Shown: in pieces, positions 28,601 to 34,336 of the stretch
Position numbering within the stretch: position 1 is the first letter of the stretch
Layout: the number at the start of each line of letters is the position of its first letter
Assembly: GCA_030141605.1 (NCBI GenBank)
Contig: JAQGDQ010001570.1
Location: forward strand, 1-34,336
Reading direction: 5' to 3'
From: Tubiluchus corallicola
Lineage: Eukaryota; Animalia; Priapulida
DNA length: 34,336 nucleotides
The notes under the pieces: generated by a model
Databases searched by the model: none
What the model saw: the letters and a program-made list of their open reading frames with translations, nothing else
Told to the model about the DNA's origin: nothing
Made by a program: the position numbers and the translations under genes

Positions 28601-30426
28601 AACTCTGTTCCGTTTTCCAATTTTCCGATTTTGTTTATTAGTCACAACTCAGTACTAGTCACCTTTCATTGTTGTTGGTTGGCATCCTTCTGTCTCGGAA
28701 GACAATGGAGTGTGCGCCAAGAGAGTCCTATCCTTGAACGTCTCCAGGGCGCACGCCTGGGCAAGATGTATGGAGATCCTGAGTTGCCCAGACAACAGGA
28801 ACCCCCTCTCTTCCTCTCTGGTATAGTCCAAAGGAAAGCGGAGCGATACGTTTGGCACCAGGTTGGCTGCAGGAGCTGCCGGAATCAGTGAGCATGGTGC
28901 ACTGGTCCGCATTCGGGGTTCCACTCCTGATTTGGAAGGTTTACTCCTCTACACATGACCGTTGGGTCACTTGACCTCCTCCACCCTCTAGCCGTTGGCT
29001 GCTTGTGTAGCTCCTCTGCCTAGTGTCGAGATACAGTGTGGGTATCCTTGTGATTCTATGAAAATAGTGATACATCCAAAGTCCGCTAATGATGAAATTA
29101 TCCGTGTCAGACTTTGTACAGTTTTTGCTTGACAGTTTAGTAACTAAATTGCGTAGCAAGAGTTTGGTAACTAAAGATTGTATTACCCTGCTAAAGTGTG
29201 AGAAAAGTTCTGTGTGTTAATATGTATGAAGAACAACAACTAAAGGCGACGACAGATACAGTGCCAAACATAAATATACACTAAATTCATGATTAATTTT
29301 AGCCGAGAATTATGAAAAAGTTGATCACTTTCTTGCGGAACTGCGAGCCGAAATACTCTGTTCTATCCATGTTCCACACCAATCGATCATGCCCTGTAAC
29401 CGAAGAGTTCAATAGTGTCCCACCCCTCAGAAAGATGTCTCAAATTGCAACTTGAAAATGCGAGGGTGGACTGTTGTAGCGCCCTTTTTAATGCCGTTTG
29501 TTTTACAAGTTCTTATATTTTTGTCAAAGTCTTTTCTCCTGGCATCTGCTTAATTATAAGCTCCGGATGCCACCAAAGCTTTTGCCTTAGTTATTAACAC
29601 CGCAAATTAAGTTGTCAGAAAAGGGCAACCCTGATTAACGATCGCCATCATTCCTCGATTAAAGTATTGTGACTATGGTCGCACGTCCGACCATTGTGTT
29701 TGGGGTTCCGATCACCAATTGTAATCGGAATTGGATCATCCCAGGTTATTAGGTAAAATCATACTTCACCAGTGCAGGGAAGTGCACATTGCTAGTGTGT
29801 AAAAGGGCATTATAGCATTGGTTTTTTTTTGTAAAGTAATTATTTACTGCTGATTTGGCTTACTAATGTAAATTTCACCGAATATTAACTCTGCGACTTC
29901 TTGGCAAAACATGTGAGATACAAACTTATTATTCTCCATTTAGTTATACTTACTCTGAGAGTTTGAGAATGGCTGTAGATGCGGTATATGTGCACTATCC
30001 AAAATTAGTTGTTCAGAAAGTCCTAGAAATCAGCACGAAAATGAAAAAAGGAATAGATCCCTGGATTGTATGTGCACTATCCAAAATTAGTTGTTCAGAA
30101 AGTCCTAGAAATAAGCACGAAAATGAAAAAAGGAATAGATCCCTGGGTTTGCGATCGCACCCAACGTTGAAAACGCTGGTAGCAGTTCTGGGAAATGTCT
30201 GTATCTCTGCAACAATTTTATATGGGAAAGAAACTGTGTTAAAAATTGAATTAAACACGTATTAAAAACTATGTCTATTTCAAGTTTAAAGGTTAGTTAT
30301 TATTGGTTTTTACAATTTCTTTAACATGCGCAATGGCACATAGGCACTTGTTTGGTATTTTTAAATACTATTATTTGTGTTTATATATAGGAAGCTGTGA
30401 GAGAAAAGCAAGAGGGGTTAGATTAA
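25620..30426 (+). CDS. POLR2J: DNA-directed RNA polymerase II subunit RPB11; join(25620-25672,27032-27121,28183-28357,30391-30426), 117 aa
   Basis: [117 protein letters not shown]. Exon sizes 53/90/175/36 with GT-AG introns. Confidence 0.97.
26234..26568 (+). mobile_element. Tigger/pogo-like MITE, copy 2 (POLR2J intron 1)
   Basis: Same TIRs and TA TSDs as 19524-19853, same orientation. Confidence 0.92.
27032..27121 (+). CDS. POLR2J: RPB11 coding exon 2
   Basis: tAG|G...AT|GT; EDHTLGN motif. Confidence 0.95.
27262..27735 (-). mobile_element. Decayed CR1/L2-type LINE 3' end (POLR2J intron 2)
   Basis: Minus-strand RRRIQNDL and [12 protein letters not shown] (cf. FSNRVVN.WNSLP), ending in an (ATTAA)n tail. 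Confidence 0.6.
28183..28357 (+). CDS. POLR2J: RPB11 coding exon 3
   Basis: cAG|G...AAG|GT; [10 protein letters not shown] motif. Confidence 0.96.
28669..29047 (-). mobile_element. Short non-autonomous RTE-derived retroelement / SINE (POLR2J intron 3)
   Basis: GC-rich island. Minus strand ends CCATTGTCTTCCGAGACAGAAGGATGCC(AAC)n, an RTE-type 3' tail, preceded by GGAGTAAACC..GGCAGCTCCTGC..CTGGTGCCAA..TTGCCCAGGCGTGCGCCCTGG, which I recall as RTE 5'-UTR-like. No TSD found; 5' end approximate. Confidence 0.7.
29987..30146. repeat. Tandem duplication, 82-bp period, two copies
   Basis: TATGTGCACTATCC...GATCCCTGG at 29987-30064 and 30069-30146, one mismatch. Confidence 0.95.
30391..30426 (+). CDS. 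POLR2J: RPB11 coding exon 4
   Basis: tAG|GAA...TAA; [11 protein letters not shown]. Confidence 0.92.
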   Translation, partial: EAVREKQEGLD

Positions 30427-30569
30427 CAACTGCATTACCATGGAGATTCTTCATCTTTCACTATTACTGAGCATACTAGACGGTAACCGCATCTTGGTAG
30501 AGCGTTTGGTTGTTTAATCTTCATCGACATTACCTCGCTGTCGCGGAAATAACGGCCACTTGATCTTAA

Positions 30570-30763
30570 ATTGAAAGTGAGCAAAGTTAAACAGTGAAAT
30601 CACTTTGAGATTGTGCTCACATCAAGAATCAATGGAACACTTCATTTATAGATTGAAAGTGAGCAAAGTTAAACAGTGAAATCACTTTGAGATTGTGCTC
30701 ACATCAAGAATCAATGGAACACTTCATTTATAGATTAAAAGTGAGCAAAGTAAAGCAGTGAAA
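30570..30763. repeat. Tandem repeat, 82-bp period, two identical copies plus a partial third
   Basis: ATTGAAAGTGAGCAAAG...CATTTATAG units start at 30570, 30652 and 30734. Confidence 0.95.
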
Positions 30764-31122
30764 GTGAAATCATCTTGAGCTCATTTCACACTCAGCATCC
30801 GTTTCCATGACCGTGTTTTTGCAAAGTACTCAACTGAGAAACATATTGTATATAATTTGTATGCTATTTGCATCAATTTAAATTGTATAACATGCATTTT
30901 TTACTTTTATTACAATTGTCAACAGTTTTTTTAGTTTCATTGTTTACTTGGCTGTGGTTGAGTTAGTATAAACAATAGTGTTGCTAAGTAGACGCTGTCC
31001 GGATCTAGAGGTGGAAACTGCAAACGGGTGTCTTATTTTGCTGTTTGATTTTCCATAAAACTACTTTAAACACTTTAGCGTATTACCCATCTAGATACTT
31101 TAGTAGTGTGACACTTCATTAG

Positions 31123-31523
31123 TAGGGGTGAGCATCGAACGTTCGAATCGAATTCGATTCGAACGAGTTTTTTTAGTTCGAACTCGATTCGAATCCAAAA
31201 CTATAGATTCGAATAATTCAGCACTTCAATCACATATGTTCATGACCACTAAAACGATTGAAACATCATGCAATTAACATAATTTAGCTGTGATTTCTGC
31301 ACACAATTTTAAAGAAATTACTATTCGTTTTATTGCAGAACAAAATCTAGTGATATGCATGATCTTTGTAAGACTAATTTTTACTAGTGGTTCGAAAACT
31401 TGTTCGAAAATCTTTCGATCTCAATTCGAATTCAAAACACTGAAGTTCGGTTCGATTCGAATTCGAAAGTCACAAATTCGGTTCGATTCGAATTCGCTTT
31501 CTGATAGAGAATGCTCACCCCTA
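31123..31523 (+). mobile_element. hAT MITE, TTCGA-rich family (best-preserved copy)
   Basis: 13-bp perfect TIR TAGGGGTGAGCAT; TSD TTCATTAG/TTCGTTAG (7/8); dense (TTCGA) subterminal arrays. Confidence 0.9.
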
Positions 31524-32333
31524 TTCGTTAGGAGTGACTCAGCTAAATGATATATTCCATCTGCTTACAAAAGTTTGATTTTTTAAAAACTATACAACAT
31601 GACAAGTGTGAGTCCACGTTAGAGTTCAAACTTCAGCTGTTCCTGTCATAACCTGCTACATGCTGTACCATAGCTGTGTTGCTTTAAAGTTTATAATAAA
31701 AACATTATTCTCTGCACAGGTTTCCGGACTTTTTTCATTTCTGTGGTCATTTCTTTCTGTGATCAGCATTGACCAGTAACTGTAAATTAGTAGACAATTT
31801 TACCTATTTCCTGTGTAGTGGTCGTAACGTGCTGGCTAATAATGCTTTGAAATGTTTATTGGAGACTATGTAAAGTAAGAGATGAATTTAAGACAGCAGT
31901 TAAAGTAATGTTTACGACATTAACATTTATTTTTGCTAACAAAACACGTAAATTTAACTTGACAACCTCATACAATGTTCAGTAACCTCACGGCCGGGGT
32001 CGTAAACCTGCCAACACTCCGTGGATTGTTTGCTAAACCGACGATCCACAATCCCTGCTGATCAATAATAGAGGGTAGCACTATCCAATAAGAGTAATTT
32101 CAATCCGGCAGTTACATCCTGTTTTAGTTTAATTTGTTCACAATCTACATTCACATAGGTAAATCGAAATTTATTTTGTACATGGATATATTAAAATTGC
32201 ATGTGAACAATGTTTCCATAATAGTCCACACAATTAGTAAAAAGACAATGTTATTCTTCCATTTATTATTTTATTGTTTCAAGTATTGTAACGCAGTTGC
32301 TTTGTACATGACAAATAACAGAACGACTAGGAT

Positions 32334-32633
32334 GAGAGAGAGAGGGAGAGAGTGAGTGAGAGGGGGAGAGTGAGAGAAAGAGGGAGAGAGAGAGAAAGAG
32401 GGAGAGAGAGAGAGTGAGAGGGAGGAGAGAGAGAGAAAGAGGGCGAGAGAGAGAATGAGGAAGAGAGAGGGGGAGATAGAGAGAGAGAGGGAGAGAAAGA
32501 GAGAGGGAGAGAGAGAGAGAAACAGGGAGGAGAGAATGAGGAAGAGAGAGAAAGAGGGAGAGAGAGAGAGAGAGAGAGAGAATGAATCTGAGTGTGACTT
32601 ACATTGAAAACGGCTGCACATCATCGTGGTTGT
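32334..32633 (+). repeat. (GA)n-rich tract plus 53-bp unique arm (left arm of an inverted repeat)
   Basis: About 250-bp polypurine tract, then AATGAATCTGAGTGTGAC...TGGTTGT. Confidence 0.92.
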
Positions 32634-33990
32634 TTAAATTACCCGTTTCATATATTGTTACTGTTAGTGTAAGTCCTGTGAGCAATAACACAACACGATT
32701 TTTTAATCTTTATTTATGAAGAGCTTTTCCTGTCTAACTGACCTTGTAACCTGACAGTAGTACCTGTTTGTATTTGCAAGCGAATCACAATTATTCTGTT
32801 GATTAAAGTAAAGCGTCACTTTGCTTACTACCATTTTCTGCTACTTGCTGATGTAGCTTTACCATAGTGTAGTACTTTGTTTTTGGATTTGTTGTTGTAT
32901 TGTGCTAGCCTGTACAATAGGAAAGGCCAGATTATCCTATAGGCTAGTATAGTCTGCAGCTTACGGCTCCAGAAGCTAGGTAGCATCAAATTTTGGTAAA
33001 ATTTAGTAAAAAAAATCTGTTTTTTTCCACTACGGCTGTGTTGAAATACATGCTAATTTGGTTAGCGATAAATAAGTCATAAGTCATTTATTTCACCTTA
33101 CACATTCACAATGGTTTCATGTACAATATCTGGTCAAAGGGCCTACAATGGATATAATACAAGTAAGAAATACTGCACAGGAAAAGCCTCGCACACTGTT
33201 CACTTATACACGAAGGTAAATGTGTTGCGGGCAATCAAAAAGCAGGGCTTGTTAGATTGTCCCACACTGTGAAAGAAAAAAAAGTAATAGAAATAATCTG
33301 AAAATTTAAAGTGAATCGTGATAAAAAAACATTAGTGCTTAAAATGGAATGATGTAATGAATGAAGCTCATATATGGGATGATATGAAAGATAGAAAGAT
33401 TATTATTTGTTAATAGTATGTAAAATTAAAATAACTTGATTAAGCTAAATAGTAAAATAGTGGTACTTTTTTAAAGAATACGTTTATTTGCAAACAAAAG
33501 ATATCTATTCCAGTTCATTTAAAAAATTGCAGTAAGTTTACTTCAAGCAATGTAAATGTAACTAAAATATATCACGAGTAAAAATATTCAAGAAGGGTGT
33601 GGGTGAGTTAAATGCTGGTCCATAATTTCATTAGCCTAGGGACCCCAGATAGTCACAGTCTGGCATTGACTACAGATTTGATGTTTTGGGGAGTTTTTTG
33701 TTGCAAAACTGAAAACAGGTGAAGAAAATGCACACATCCCCAGCTCTTTACGTTGTTGAGAGGACAGAAAATGTAACAGGAATTAAAACTGCACTTAGAT
33801 TACTGAAATATAAAGTGTTTATTTTATGAATGTTTACTTATTACGGGTGTTACTAACTCTCAAGTTAAAACAAATATTTACGTGAATTTCTTTGGCAGTT
33901 TACGTAACTAGAACCAACATATATAAACAAAGATAAAAATGCGTTTGTAAAAATACATTAAGCAGAAACTCAGCGAATACAAATGCGAAT

Positions 33991-34037
33991 ACAACAACGA
34001 TGATGTGCAGCCGTTTTCAATGTAAGTCACATTCAGA

Positions 34038-34126
<89 letters not shown>

Positions 34127-34239
34127 TCTCTCTCTCTCTCCCTCTCTCTATCTCTCTTTCCCCCCCTCTCTCTCTCTCTCTCTATCTCTCTCTCTTTCTC
34201 TCTATCTCTCTCTCTTTCCCTCTCTCTCTCTCTAACTCA

Positions 34240-34320
<81 letters not shown>

Positions 34321-34336
34321 TCTCCCTCTCTCTCTC
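33991..34336 (-). repeat. 53-bp unique arm plus (TC)n tract (right arm of the inverted repeat; runs off the window)
   Basis: 33991-34043 is the reverse complement of 32581-32633 (51/53), followed by (TC)n. Confidence 0.92.

Noticed and set aside
28631-28924. Overlapping 86-aa and 89-aa ORFs
   Set aside because: Expected by chance in a GC-rich retroelement body; no recognisable domain.
29300-29600. Minus-strand WWHPEL fragment suggestive of LINE ORF2
   Set aside because: Too short and interrupted to support a call.
31140-31500. Dense TTCGAA arrays as heat-shock elements or a CRISPR-like array
   Set aside because: Spacing is TTCGAA rather than TTCnnGAA and there are no unique spacers; these are hAT subterminal repeats.
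31980-32060. tRNA or tRNA-SINE on the - strand (GGTTTACGACCCC B-box-like)
   Set aside because: No cloverleaf and no convincing A box.
32271-32624. 117-aa Ser/Leu-rich ORF
   Set aside because: Translation of the (TC)n microsatellite strand; no coding signal.

Overview
AT-rich, intron-containing animal (protostome, plausibly panarthropod) genomic DNA; not prokaryotic, and no CRISPR, rRNA or tRNA is visible. Four protein genes can be built with GT-AG junctions and consistent reading phases. (1) An intronless, ATD-less divergent ionotropic receptor (525-1913, -). (2) The last 7 coding exons of a catalytically dead, neurotactin-like cholinesterase-family gene (4409-9690, +); its missing 5' exons were not found in the window, so the receptor appears to be nested antisense in one of its introns. 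(3) A 4-exon SRR1-like gene SRRD (22138-14872, -). (4) A 4-exon RNA polymerase II subunit RPB11/POLR2J (25620-30426, +), head-to-head with SRRD. Introns and intergenic DNA are packed with hAT MITEs (8-bp TSDs), Tigger/pogo MITEs (TA TSDs, one retaining a CENP-B-type HTH ORF), decayed LINE fragments, a short RTE-derived element, two unrelated 82-bp tandem duplications and a GA-microsatellite-containing inverted repeat. I found no clearly new multi-gene system. The best leads are the nested receptor, a cryptic upstream splice donor/start-stop uORF in RPB11, the RTE-derived element and the GA-armed foldback. All family assignments come from motif recognition, not database searches.
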